DNA from: Trichoplax adhaerens
Lineage: Eukaryota; Animalia; Placozoa
Direction: 5' to 3'
Assembly (NCBI RefSeq): GCF_000150275.1
Contig: NW_002060945.1
Coordinates: forward strand, 4,823,397 to 4,887,396
Length of the DNA: 64,000 nt
Shown: positions 34,936-48,702 of the stretch, piece by piece
Layout: the number at the start of each line of letters is the position of its first letter
Position numbering within the stretch: position 1 is the first letter of the stretch
Program-made: the position numbers and the translations under genes
The notes under the pieces: model-generated
The model's input: the letters and a program-made list of their open reading frames with translations, nothing else
Told to the model about the DNA's origin: nothing
Databases searched by the model: none

Positions 34936-36266
34936 GGCACACCAGCCCACACAGTTAATATTTTCGTCTTTTTAATCCGATTCTAAATGACGTTTCCATT
35001 TCACCTTATGTTATACAATCCTTGTCTGGATAAAATTCTATAATTATCGTTGATCAGTGCGTATGGTGAAGGCTGTCTACTAACAGCCCCATGAATCAGG
35101 TTGCGTATATTATTGCGCAAAAGTCCCCCTTGAAGTGAGTACTGTATACTATCAGAGCGGCTATCGTACTCATTTTAGTGCTCTACTGTAGTGTGCAACA
35201 TCGATGCCTTTACTCAATCGTTGCTAGTTTTGCTGTCGACGTTGAATTCACAACTAGTTGCCTTATCGTCTACTTTGTGAACGTAAAGAGGTAAAGTAAG
35301 ATAATTTTGCTTATTGATACGATATGATTCAATTATGATCAATATTGAAATGAATACCATAAATTGCAATGTTAATCTGTTACTTCATCGGGTTGCAACG
35401 ATTGAAGATGATTTCTAAGATAGTTATATGTACGTATATGTATATGTTATATATATATACTCTACTAAATATCCTGTAATGTATTGTATTATTCTCATCA
35501 CTCACTGGCTTTAGAAACATCCAATGTCATCTACCTGTTGGTAGTCTTTCCTCTATATCGACTAAGTTGGTACAGGATTGCAAAAGAAGATACGTTTTAA
35601 ACTAATCTGCTTCATATCGACTATACTGCACGTCATACGGTAAACGTAGAGCTTCGGATACCTTGATCACTTGGGACACCAGACGATAGCTTGTATTACA
35701 TACTAGTGATACTACACAGTAGAACAGTGTTAGGACATCTTTATTGATAGACGCATACGTTCGATCGATCGTGCAAGTAATATAGGAAAATTCATTCACA
35801 ATTTACTTTAACTAATCTCAGCAACGAGTAGGAAAAGTCCTTGATTTAGATTACAATCGATTCAACATTAAGCACAATAAATGTATTGGCAAAATCAAGG
35901 AACACTTCTTTCATTACTGATGTAATGTTTTAAACTCAGTAACATATTGAACTTGTACGTTGAACTTATCGACTACTGTCATAGCACATTGTTGGTAGAC
36001 TGTAGAAAAAATTGATTTTTTAAACTCTAATAAGGTACTGCAGGGTACTAAACCTACAGTATAATAAAAGTTAAAAGTTGCTATCATTAATTATTACGAT
36101 CATAGCCCACCGTGGTAGCCGAATACTAGTAATATAGCCACGGTCTTTCTAACTCAAAATCATAAACTTTTGCAGTATTACCTTCGATTTGCAATTTTGT
36201 TAAAATCTATCTATTGGACTAAACCACTTGATAATTGCAAATTGGAAAAACTACTAAATTTACCTA

Positions 36267-38640
36267 ATGGGTGAATCAGACAATACCGATGAAAAATCGC
36301 GATTAATCACCGATGGTAGCGGTCAAAGAAAAGCTGCTCGCAGCAGTAAGACTCAATTTGTGCGAAGTAAACGCCGAACTTATTTATTTGGCGATCGTGG
36401 AGCTACCGATGCAAGTATTGGTGGCGATGATGAATCGGAAGCATCAGAGCTTAGAACAAGGTTTGGTAAAAGTCCTGATGATGACGATAACATCAAAGTG
36501 ATCCAACGCCAGATACGACCGGAAGATTCATTAAGAAGTTTTGCATTGCAATACGGTTGTACGGTAAATCTTATATCCCATTCATGTGTAATTTATAAAT
36601 GTGAATACCTATTAAAAATTGTCATACCACAAGTATAAAAATGTGGTTAATTTGATTTCAATAATCCTAACCGATCAATAATAACACTACATTCAAGCTG
36701 ATAGAAATTGACACTAGTATACATATAATATTTAATTCATTTCCTTATTGTACTGGCCATTTAAAATAAGAAAAGCAATACACGATAGTACACTACCTTA
36801 AAGTGTGGTTAACAACATATTGAATTTTTTAAGTCTAATAACTTCCAACATCATCAGAAATGGTCATTTTGCTCACATGCTGTGTACTTCCAAGTACCAT
36901 TTTCCTATTTTTGTTTTAGTAAGCTTTTAAAAGTAATAGCTCATATTAATTTATATCTAACTTTATACTGTATGTTCATAGCTACACTAACTTTTACAAT
37001 GGCAATTGCAAATCATACTTGCTATTTCATTAATAATTACCATACTGATAAATTTATAGAAGTGTTTACAATCACGAATTAAATCATTTAATTACAATCA
37101 TGATATGACAGATGAAAAGTATCACTGATGTAAAGAAAATATAGTTTATGTTCGTGTAGTACATGAAGGTATCCACACAGACTATTTTTCAACCATCTCT
37201 TCGTCTTGATTGCGATTCCAATGAGGTCATAATGATCGCCATTGTTGCCTTGTCACGTTGTCACAGTGACATATTGCCATCTTTGCCATACGATTGTACC
37301 TTGTGCGAAATTACTAGGCATTAGTATTGTAGTAACAGTTCATCGCTTCGAATTAAAGTTCTGTATCATTCACTAAATTTCTACATTAAGAAATACAGTT
37401 ATATCCTAAATTTTACTAGACGAGCTAGCCATGTTAAGGCAGCAGTAACGCTTTGTCTACTTCATATAGCCCTTAAGGATTGCTGGAGCAAATTTTTAGA
37501 TAACGTTGCTATAACTGTGGTACAGACGCTATCTATCTAAAAATTTAGTCAGATAAATTGATTATTGAGTAAACGTGTTATTAGTTCTATCTCAACGGTG
37601 AACAACACCATGCTACAGTCGAAACTTCCGAATAGAAGGTTATACAGTTCATTACTGTATACAGATAGTCTGTTCGTTGCTATTATTATAACTTACGAAG
37701 TAAGAATCTTAAATACATTATAATAACAAATATGACCGTTGAAAGTAGACTTGCAACAAAGTTAAATTTTAACCAACCTTTTATTAATATGGCTACATAC
37801 TGTAGACGTGAATCAGGTCTATACGGATATTTACTAAGATCAATCCCATATTAATTAATGCAGAGTTATAAGGCATAATATTGTAATAATTGGTTTAATT
37901 TCTTCACGCTAAGTGTTTATAGATATCAATTTGCTAAGAAATGTTACCACTTAATATTATTTCATTAAAAATATAATCGATTAATAGAATTCACTTATAT
38001 ATGCAGTAATTCGTAATCCTTATCGTCATTATCATAATAGTACTTGGAGAATTAATGCTTAAAGTTGATAATTACAAAGTATAATGCATAGTATAATGCA
38101 TAGATCTTTCTATTGTGATTTTAGGTTGCGGATTTAAAGAAGATAAATAACCTCTATACCGATGCAGGATTTTACGCTTTAAAAACAATAAAAATACCTA
38201 TTAAAAAATATGGCGTTTTAGCTGAAGCAGAAGAGGAAACCCAACTTAAACTTAATCGTTCCGCAGGAACTGAAGCTGAACCTGGAACTAGTGAGACAGA
38301 TGATATTGAAGGCGATTTAGCTAATCCTGATGAGAAAGCTGAAAAATTCTTTAAAGAAAAAGATATCGAAGTAGAAAAATTAAAGGAAGCAACACAGAAC
38401 ACTATCAAAAAAATGGATGACGATGATCCTGAAGCACCTTTAATGTTGGGTAATACACCCAAGAAAGAAGATAAAAAGTCACTAGGCGCAGATTGTGGAT
38501 TAAGTTGGGTTGGGGTTTTGGTCGTTGTTGTTATAATTGGCATCGTTGCCCCTGTACTTTACTATCTGTACTACACATACTTTAATAATTCCAATCAAAA
38601 TGAACCCGTAGAATCTCCAACTCCATCATCTCCGTATTGA
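36267..38640 (+). CDS. LYSMD3: LysM and transmembrane domain protein LYSMD3/4-like; exons 36267-36563 and 38125-38640
   Basis: LysM motif RQIRPEDSLRSFALQYGCT-VADLKKINNLYTDAGFYALKTIKIP, then EKFFKEKD, GADCGLSW and a TM segment VGVLVVVVIIGIVAPVLYYLY. Confidence 0.92.
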
Positions 38641-39481
38641 TATTAATTTGCGGCTACCAACACGATGAAATATACAACATGAAATGTAAGTGTATCAAAA
38701 ATAGATACCATATATTCAAGTCATATTTTTCTTGCTAATTTGTTATAATAATAGCTTAATAGCCAATAACGAAAGACTTGTTACAAATATCTATCAAAGA
38801 TAAATATTCTTAGTTTTATACTGACTAGTCTTTCGTCAGCTGAATATATCTATTTTAAAATTACAAAAATATTATTATAAGCATTGTGCAATGAAAGAGA
38901 TGCTTATTGGATAGGATACAGGTTCTTATTTGTGATTCTATTATTAACAGGAAATCTGATATATGTAGAAATCATCTTTGAATTTATGCCATATTACCCT
39001 GCCTTCAAGAAGATAAATAACGTCAAGTTGTCGTTAATTACTAAATTTATAAGCAATGCTGCTTGTTGTTGTAGACGGTCGTTATCGAATTTAGTATAGC
39101 ATATGCAAATTATCTATATCAGTAATTTATTTATTCTTCAACAAGAATTACTATGTACATTTTTAATATTATTTATTCGAATCACAGAATTGCGTAGATT
39201 GTCATACGTAAGATACACTTATTACTAAAACGGGTATCATATCCCGTCAATCTGCCATACATCAATTAATAACACAGTACGACAACAAATTTTAGTATAT
39301 ATATAGGAAATTAAGCCTGGCCATACCAAAACTTGCTATTTAATATAATATAATTTAATTTAATAGTCAAAGGAACTTTGAGACAATTCTTGCTTTTATA
39401 ACTTTATTAACTATACACCTGACTACACTTTGGAATTAATATGCATACAATTAGGAAGTCATATTTTCGGTAATACAGTAA

Positions 39482-40787
39482 TTACAATAATATTGTTATT
39501 TGATTATCGACATCGTTTTCCATAATTTCATCCATAATCCCATACAACTTCTCTTTCATACATATTATGACTCCAGTTAACTTAAAATATCTGTTTGACC
39601 TTACTGAAAAAGATGGAAAAATTGAACCAAATTGGTGAAAAGCAATCTTCTGAACATATAATTGAAATACATGTGAAAGTTTTTACTTAAAACCTTCTTT
39701 ATCGCAAATCTTTTAGTTACTTTGCCGTATTACTAAATTTTTGAAATACTTTTTACAATACGTACCTTTATTTTTGAGTCCAAACGACAAAATGCGATAT
39801 TGTATTGCTGTAGAAACAGAGCGAAGGTGGTAGAAATAACTTATGATAGAATTATTTTTACTTCGTCAATGCTGTCACAGTTAATTTTATCATCATAACA
39901 GATTAACATTCGTTGTTTTCACTATTCGCAACAAATTCGTGAGAACATACTACATTATGGCTTTCATTAACATCACTTTCCAAGAATTCAATGTGTGTAA
40001 TTAGCTTAATAGAAGAATTATTTAAAATATTATTTGCACTGTTATGAAATGAGTATGAAATGGTTCCTGGGATAATACAAAAATTTTTACGTAAGAATTT
40101 TATATCATGCTTTATTAATACAGAAACTATGCCTACGCACTCTTTGATAATAATTACAGCTGAAATTGTATTAATTCTCCATAAATATCTTGTTTAAATT
40201 CGTCTACAATACTACAGGTAACATCGAACATGGATTCCTTATAACCTATCTGTTCTGATATAAAATGCAATTTACTTATAATTTTAGATAAATTCATTTC
40301 AGGAATAAGTTAAGAACTTTTATAATTTCAATCTTTGCTATATACCTAATGAATTGCCTTTGCAAATTAACAAATGTTCAACCTGTGAAACAAATAACAA
40401 TGCTGAAATGCTTCTAAAATTAAATTGCTAAAATAAAAAGGAAAAATTTCCATTATTGTTTTGGTTTTGATACGTGATTTTTGTAGATAATACTTTTATA
40501 TAATCATAAGAGCTGTGACTTTTCAGTGCATCATGCTGAAAAAGATATAACACTATGATGGTACTTATAAATGAAATATTATCTAACAGTTGCATTACTG
40601 CAGTACCCGTAGCGATATTTCTACCCTATCCATTAGTTGAATAAAAATGCTGGTCTCGTTGCAAGTTATAAAAATAATACGTACCGCATTGTAGAATACC
40701 TAAATACGAATAAATAAATCTATTTACTAATGCTCCCTAAGTTAAATTAAATTTTAAGGTTACCTTTGGACGCAATCGATTAGTCAT
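39482..40787 (-). CDS. Hypothetical 198-aa protein, 9 exons, no family recognised
   Basis: GT-AG exons 40787-40764, 40699-40685, 40620-40588, 40535-40474, 40413-40346, 40254-40158, 40038-39951, 39807-39766 and 39649-39482 join into a 597-nt ATG-to-TAA frame. Splice sites were chosen by hand to keep phase. Confidence 0.5.
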
Positions 40788-41882
40788 TAATTTTTGCGAT
40801 CAAATAATACACACTACCATTAGAATAGTATTATGTCGAAATGTATTAAAATTTGGAGATATTATCCAACGCTTTGCATTATATTAAGGTAGAAATGTAG
40901 CTACGTTGAGGTGAAATATATCCGTGCTTATTATGACCAAAAATGTATCATCGCACTTGATTTCATAATAAAAATGTATATAGTATACTGGAAGTAATCA
41001 ATTTTATTCTACTGTACAATCGGAAGTTTAAGCTGATTAGTATAATAAAAAATTGGAGCAGAAAATTTATTTGGTTTTATGTGACGGAGGGTTCGAAGGG
41101 TCAACGGCTGCGGACTTAGTAGCCCATTCACAGAAATTATGCAAGGGGTTTGAATATCAGTGGATATTTTATTGTAGGTAGTAACGGAGGTACAATGCGG
41201 TAGTTACGATAGATCAGCGTGTAAGCTGTCGTGGAAGGATCGTGAGGAAGTGCTGCTACTGCGACTAATGCAACTGACAAATCTGAGGCAGAAATTATCA
41301 GTATTTATAGATTAAGAGATAGAACACATTCAGAGAGCAGGATTGTAGAATTAGATATTCATAAACAGACAAAGTAATAGCAAATGATTAAAGGAAACAG
41401 CGAAGACTGTAAGTGCTATAAATAACTAAACATAACAGCTATCTTTGATTATAGTAGAAATAGACTGTAAGGCTATCTATATTCAGTTACAGTACAAAAT
41501 GTCCATGATTAAGAATATGGTAAGACTACAGTGACATCTAAATACATTGCAGTTTACGATCAATCAATTTTTACTCCGCTGTCAAAATTTAAGTTGATCT
41601 GCACGGTAGAAAAAAATTGAAATAGAAATGTATTTATCTATGAAGATGTTTAGAAGCAGTGTGATCCATTTACAAGGAAAAAAGCCATAAGTCTTTAGGT
41701 AATAAATTTTTATCTATTGCGAGTGATATATGTCGACTGAACAGATGTGAGCACTGAGTGCAACTATTTTAGCCATTATTGCTAGAGTTATTCCAGAAAA
41801 AAAGTGAATAAAACTGTTGTGTTAACAATTTTTCTTATGTAAACCTGTCTACTTTCCTTCAATTGTCTAGATATAGTTATAA

Positions 41883-43378
41883 TTAGTTATTAGTTTCGCC
41901 TCGGTAAATGGCTACGTTTTTATCGGTTTCGTATAACAGAACTTCGTAGAGAATTGGAAGATGTTCAATTAGACAATCCCAAATATAGACAGCAATATTC
42001 TCTGCAGTGCTATCACAAATAGAAAGTAGCAGCAAAATTAAAATTAAAGCTGTATAGCGATATATAATCTTAATAGTTGCTTAATACAGTATTGAATTAC
42101 CTCGGATAGTTTGCAAAGTACGGAACGTCCTTATCCAAATTCTTATGATCTAGTTGTTTCATAATGACTTCGTTAATAATCACTTTCAAATCAGCGATAT
42201 TCATGACCATTCCTGTTTTGAGATCGATCTACAGCAAAGGCAAAATTGAAGGTAAGATACCTGCCAGGGTTCATTGATAAACAGAATTTAATATACTGTA
42301 TGCAGAAGTAATGCTAATAGTTAGGGCTACTACTTTCTGCAATTGAATTTTTATATTTACTACACATTAATCAACCTACAATAACCCTTACCTCTCCTTT
42401 CAATGTTACTTCAACTAGGGGTAACAGAAAGAATATTAATTTACAATGCAATAAAAAGCAATCAGCATTGCACATCAAGCATAAGAGAAGATACAGTGCC
42501 TAATTGTTTACAAATATACTGGATACGACTACACCGAACATTTACAGAATGTAAATATACTACTGTTGGATGTTATCAACTAAAGCTTTAACGAATTAAA
42601 ATTATTTAATTACGATGGATATACTGATTACTATATATAATATGACATGCAATCACTATTACACGCATAATTTAGAACTAAATATAATATTTTATAATTG
42701 GTAACCCATAAGACTGCACACATTTAAAGACAAGAAGTAAGTGATCACATAAATCGTTGTGGTCCATTTTCTGCATGACGTACGTTTATAATTGTGGCCA
42801 TGTCCATTTTCGTGATTGCATTTTCCATACAAAGCGCGATTCTCTTCATCAGTAAAGAATGGACTGTAGGAATAGAATAAGCGATAAAAGTCAACTTCAT
42901 TAATAAATAATTTTCTAAAGCATGTCACTTCGTAAAACAGGCGAAATGAATGGAAGGTATTTCGCATACATAAGTCTACCTCAAGAGGTAGAAATTTGAC
43001 TCTATTTCGTAAGTATACAGTAAATATCGGAAAACTTCAAGTATCTACCGCATTGAAGAGCATGATGTCGTATCCATCAATACCCATTAAAGTAGAACTT
43101 AACTACGTCTATTTTCGCATCGTTCATGCGTTAACTTCATACGCTAACTAGCTGGCTGCAATAAAGTATTTGAAATCCATAATAGTTCATGACTGTCAGC
43201 AAATCCACCACACCGTCCTTTTAATTACTGTCATGAATGTAAAGTTACTCTTGCAGAGTACTGTAGTACAGTATACTAAATTTTATGCTTAGCAACTTTG
43301 GACAAACCTATGTAGTCTGTGAGCTGCACTGAATGATTCAATTCGCTTAATGTAACCGATCCGTTTTCTTTCAGCCAT
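41883..43378 (-). CDS. PTS: 6-pyruvoyl-tetrahydropterin synthase; 5 exons
   Basis: [71 protein letters not shown]. Confidence 0.96.
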
Positions 43379-43489
43379 TCAGTTCCACCTGTAGCTGAAA
43401 GCGAGTTAGCTCCGTGTCGACTAGTGATCTGGACGATCAACGCATTTGCAGTCAAAACAAAACTCTACCGTATTCCAACCCCGTTGCGT

Positions 43490-44380
43490 TTTACATGCTG
43501 TATGGCGCCGTGATTGACGTACAGTATGTACTTGTTGTACTGTACAATAGTGTACATGTACTATACTGAGAATCTGCAATTTGTAGGTTGGATAGTAAAG
43601 TACATACAGTATTCACAAAGTTTTTACATACTGTATACTGTATAGTACACTAGTACAGTCTGATTATTTTCGATGGCACCCCTTGGTTCAAAAATCAAAG
43701 TTGTATTCCGTTCAAATTCCTCTAGATTATGGATATATACCTGTACAATTATTAGGCTACAACTACTGTACTGTACATTTATTGAGTGTACAATAGGGGC
43801 CCGTTCATAATAACCCTGATTACTCAGATACTCAGGGTAAACAGCTTAATTAAACCATAATGCATTCATTATTCTAACAGTATTTATGCTAAGTATCTAG
43901 TAATGATGGTTATAATGAACGGGCTTTTTACTGTACGATGTACATTTTGTACTAGAGTCATTGTACTCTCTTGCTATCCAAAAACCTTTCCAGCGATCCC
44001 CTCCCTAGTAATAAAAATGCACACATGGTTACAAAATTACACATGCATCAAGCTACGAGCATGCGCAGACAGATCCTACGTAACAACCAGGCAGCATTGC
44101 ATAATGTCCAATAAGCAAAACCAAGGTCAAGTATTAGTGAAGGAAGTTCGAATAATGTGCCAACAACACCGGTCAAGTCAAGTTATATCTGTTCTGGTAT
44201 GCGTTACTATACTACCGTATGTGCATCGTGCCGGCTAAAGTCCCTGCATGTCAGGCGAAACGCAAGCACGCGCACATTGGTATTAGTACAGTACAGTAAT
44301 CTGTTACGGGCAGACATCAAGAAATTTCCATTTGAATGATTCGTAGTACTGTACGAGTAAAATACGAATATGGCCGCAAT
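43490..44380. promoter_or_regulatory. Divergent promoter PTS - TIMM44 with TACAG/CTGTA copies and NRF1-like and YY1-like motifs
   Basis: GAGCATGCGCA at 44057-44067. AATATGGCCGC overlaps the TIMM44 ATG. Scattered TACAGTA/TACTGTA. Confidence 0.45.
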
Positions 44381-47300
44381 TCGCCAGGTATGCTAACTAT
44401 TCTCTTCGATCTTCTTATTAATCTCAATTATTAGCTTGGTACATAAAGTCATTTCTTCAATTAGATGCTTGTCAAGAACCATGTCCATTCTTATTATTCT
44501 ATAATAGTCTTAGATAAGGATTAACAAAGCATAATCTTGTATTTAATATGTGATCGATCATTTTTTAGCTTATTGGCCTGACCAATCGGGCACAGCCGAC
44601 GCGATCAAGACTTATTCCCATTTCTGCTCCATTTATCCAACGCTCACATATTCAAAGCAAAATCTTACCTTACTCAGTTCAGGTGGGTGCAAGAGAAAAG
44701 TCTGGTATATTCCTAGTAATATTATAGCGAATACATCCTCATAATCCAGCATGATGCTTTCATTGCTCAGCACCATGCACTAAAATTAGTTGGTCATTCC
44801 ACTTTTCAATCGTGGAATAACAATATTAGAGGCACAGTACGTTAGTGATGGGTAATTAATTAGAAGCATTCAACTTCAGTAAGCCGCAATGAATCAATAT
44901 AGCAAGTAAACTGCAAGGTACTAAGGTAGTTATGGATTCTTCGATTAGATATTCATGTATTAGACAGTTCCTCCGAGTTCGAACCTAAATGGTCTATATG
45001 CGATCATGCTCATGTGACATTTTCTATACCCTGTAGCAAAGTTTTAAAACCTACCATTTACTCTTACAGATACGTCGTAATTTCTCGAATCAAGGCCAAA
45101 AAGAGAAAGGATTATTCAGTAAAGTTTTCGATAATATCAAAGAAGGTTTTGCGAAAAATAAAGAATTACAGGTACATTCTATCTAACATAAAGATTTAAT
45201 ATTGAGCTGTACTACTTAGGTGATAATAGATCGGTCCAATGATATGATCTTAATAAATCATCATCTCGATCATATTTATAAATCACTGTGAAATATATCC
45301 AATATACAGTACAATATAATACTCATTTCTTCTGCTAGTGATTTGTTTCCTAATTATACTAGATAAAATTTCTAAACGCGCTAAATATATCCTAGGAAAA
45401 CATAAAAAAATTCCGAGAAGAGGCTGCTAAATTGGAACAATCTGAAGCATATAAAAAGATTTCTGATGCAACAGTAAGTTGGCTTCGAAATATCATTAGT
45501 TTACTTTAGCAGATCAACATAATCTTGCTTATCTTGTAATTTATTTCTTTAACCTTAAATACCATCATTACGGTACATAACTGATAAACTTCAATTTGCT
45601 TACTATCAAACAAGGTATCTTCATTTGTCCATTGATTTATAGTACTTTCCTTCTCCTACGTAACTGATAAACTTCAGCCTGCTTATTATCATACAGGGTA
45701 ATTTCATTTACCCATTGATTGATAACACTTTCCTTCTCATTTGAGCAAACATTCGTTCTCTTCTATCAGTGTAGTTGTACGCTGTACAGTATTGGTTACG
45801 AGCATGCCAAATACTCGTACCTGTGATAAGCACGTATCTACGCTTACCCTGAAAGTTCTCTCAGTATACAAACATCCTACCATGCATGTACATATTTTGA
45901 CTATTACTGGTGTTTTACAATCTCTGAATACGAAAATGCGACACTTCACGTATAAGTTGCTAATAAAACGAATTCTCATGCATTTATAGGATACGTCTAT
46001 TAATGTAATCGAATATTGATAAAATATCTAGCTTTCTTAAGTGATTTACATAGCTCAAAGGTACTTTACCAATAGCTATGACGATTGTAATCGCTCACAC
46101 TGCAATATAGTAATAGAAATATGAAATTTGATGCATACAAATACTGTATGATTTTAAATTAATTACTAGAGCCTTACTAGTACATCAACTTTATGATTAT
46201 GGTATGCTCTACTACTGATAGAATATATATTATAACTGACATTTTTTAACAAGTTAAAGACATGATTCGCCAATAATATAGCAATCGTTAAATTATATGA
46301 ATGAAGTACTTGTGTGAACGATCGAACACGTCCGATTTTACGTACTTAGACTTCTAGGGTTATTGAGATGTAGTCTGAAAAGATTAAAATATCCTACCAC
46401 ATGTGCATGTACAAACCTCTTCAATTTTTGTGAAGTGTAATAACGGTTCATCTTGCTGAACTATTACGTCGTTATGTTATAATTATTGTAATAATAATTA
46501 CAAAATTTCATTTCTACAATCCGGCTAAATAATTTATGCGTTTATATCAAACTAGGAAGATCTGGGATCTGGCGCTGCTGACCGGAAAGCTAAATTAGGA
46601 ACGTTTCTTAGCAAATTCAGAACATCTGCTGGCAAGGTGATGATACGATCACATTTCTTCATTACTTCATTTTCATCAAGAAATTAGCGGTAATTCACGC
46701 TATGGATGATATCGCGTTCTGATATACTGTGATTGCAATTTTTAGCTGTACGAGGATGTTTCTTCTAGTGATTTCGTTAAGAAAGGAAAAGAAGTCTCTG
46801 AAGATGTCAGTATCCCGTTATATTGTGTTGTGCTTTTAAGTCAATTTCTGTAATGTATATAGACTTAGTTTTTCTGTCCTATCACTTCCAATATTCTCAA
46901 ATAGTTGTCAAATGTTGCATCGGAAGCTGCTAAGAAGGTTTCTGATTCTAGTAAATCAGTAGGCGAAACGCAAACCTTTAAGACTTTTTCAGAGGTTAGT
47001 ACTGTGATTATGAATAGGAATAAAAAATAAACACTTATGCACCAGCTAAACGATTGCATTTTAAAGAATAGTAAAGCCGAGTCCGATATATCTATTTTTA
47101 TGATCGTTATACTTGTAGTATTTTGACAAATGTTCTTATTATGATCAAAGTCTTAAAAGCCTATTGTGATGCTAGGGTGTAAAAACTATAAAAGAAGATT
47201 TATTTGAGGAGGGCTTAAACAGAGCGCAACCGTATCGATCACCAGGTTAGCCAGATAGCCGTAATATAGAATTAAAATTTAAAATTCTTCATTTTTATAT

Positions 47301-48702
47301 CGTGCTAGCTAATATCATTGGATATTACTTTATAGAAAAATTACATAAACGTACGGAATCTGATCTACAAAGTAAAATGAAAGATGAGCAACAAATACAG
47401 GAAGACACGTAAATATCATATTTTAATTTAACACTGCGTGAAGCCCCACTTAAAATGCATTCTATCGCAGTATTCTCTCATAGCCTCTGCTAAACCAGTA
47501 TCAAAGTAATCGACCTATTTGAACGTTTTGTACAGAGACACTACTGGCGTTGTTCTACATAAAGATTCTAGGTGGTATCAGCAATGGAAGCAGTTTAAAG
47601 ATAATAATCCTGTCGTTAACGGTTAGTCAAGTGATAATAATCTATATATATACTTCACAAGAATTAAATTATCGTTATCAATTACTAATAGCCTGTAAGC
47701 GTTGCTCTATTCAGGTCTGTTTAACCTAAAAATGAAGTATGATGAAAGTGACAATGTCGTCATTAGAGCTACACGAGTTGTAACAGATAGATTATCGGAT
47801 GCCTTTAGTAAGTCTATGATACTGTGGTACGTTACTACCTTGGATTTTTGATATGTCATAGATTAATTTCATATCGAAATTATTTCAATAGGTGGCATTT
47901 TTTCACCATCGGAAATGTCTCAAACGTTAGCCGAAATATCAAAAATTGATCCTAACTTTAGCAAAGAAAAATTTCTTTTACATTTCCAACATCGAATTAT
48001 GCCCTCTGTATTAGAAGTAATACTTTAAAAATTATCTAGCAGAAGATAAATATACTTATTTACTACCTCTACTGGAATCCAGAATTAGTAGCATACTATC
48101 TAATATTTACGATCACAATTTGTACGTGTTAGGCTTTTCTAAGAGGCGATTTACCTATTCTTAAAGATTGGTGCCACGAATCGGTATGCCGATACAATTT
48201 GTAGCTTGCTATTGGCGCGTTTTGCGGATCTTTTTACTCTACATGGGTTGCCGTAATGTGATAGATTTTAATTATTTCATAGGCTTATAGCGTTTTGGAG
48301 GCTAGAATAAAGCAGTTGACTGGAATGGGCCGAAAACTAGATTTTAAAGTACTAGATGTCAGAGATATAGATGTAAGCATTCGATATCGACCTTAATCTC
48401 AGCTATGATTAAGTAATAGCGTAATTAATTATCTTTTACCTGATATTAACTTAATTATCATAAATAATTAGATTGCGATGGCAAAAATTATGGAACAAGG
48501 ACCTGTATTAGTGATGACCTTCCAGGCGCAGCAAATTCTAGTTTTACGAGATAGCTCAGGTAAAGTTGTTGAAGGAGATGAGAATCATATTGAAAATGTT
48601 CAGTATGTTTGGGCGATGTGTAGAGATCAATCAATCTATGATGCCCATTCAGCATGGAGAGTATTAGAATTTGCTATGCAAGCATCTTCTTCGTGGGTAT
48701 GA
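44370..48702 (+). CDS. TIMM44: Mitochondrial import inner membrane translocase subunit TIM44; multi-exon
   Basis: KKFREEAAKLEQSEA, GVVLHKDSRWYQQWKQFKDNNPVVN, KMKYDESDN, SEMSQTLAEISKIDPNF, LKDWCHE, MAKIMEQGPVLVMTFQAQQI, YVWAMCRDQ. Confidence 0.95.
45574..45738. repeat. Diverged tandem duplication, 2 x 83 bp, in a TIMM44 intron
   Basis: TAACTGATAAACTTCA...CCATTGATT...ACTTTCCTTCTC occurs at 45578 and again at 45661. Confidence 0.85.
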
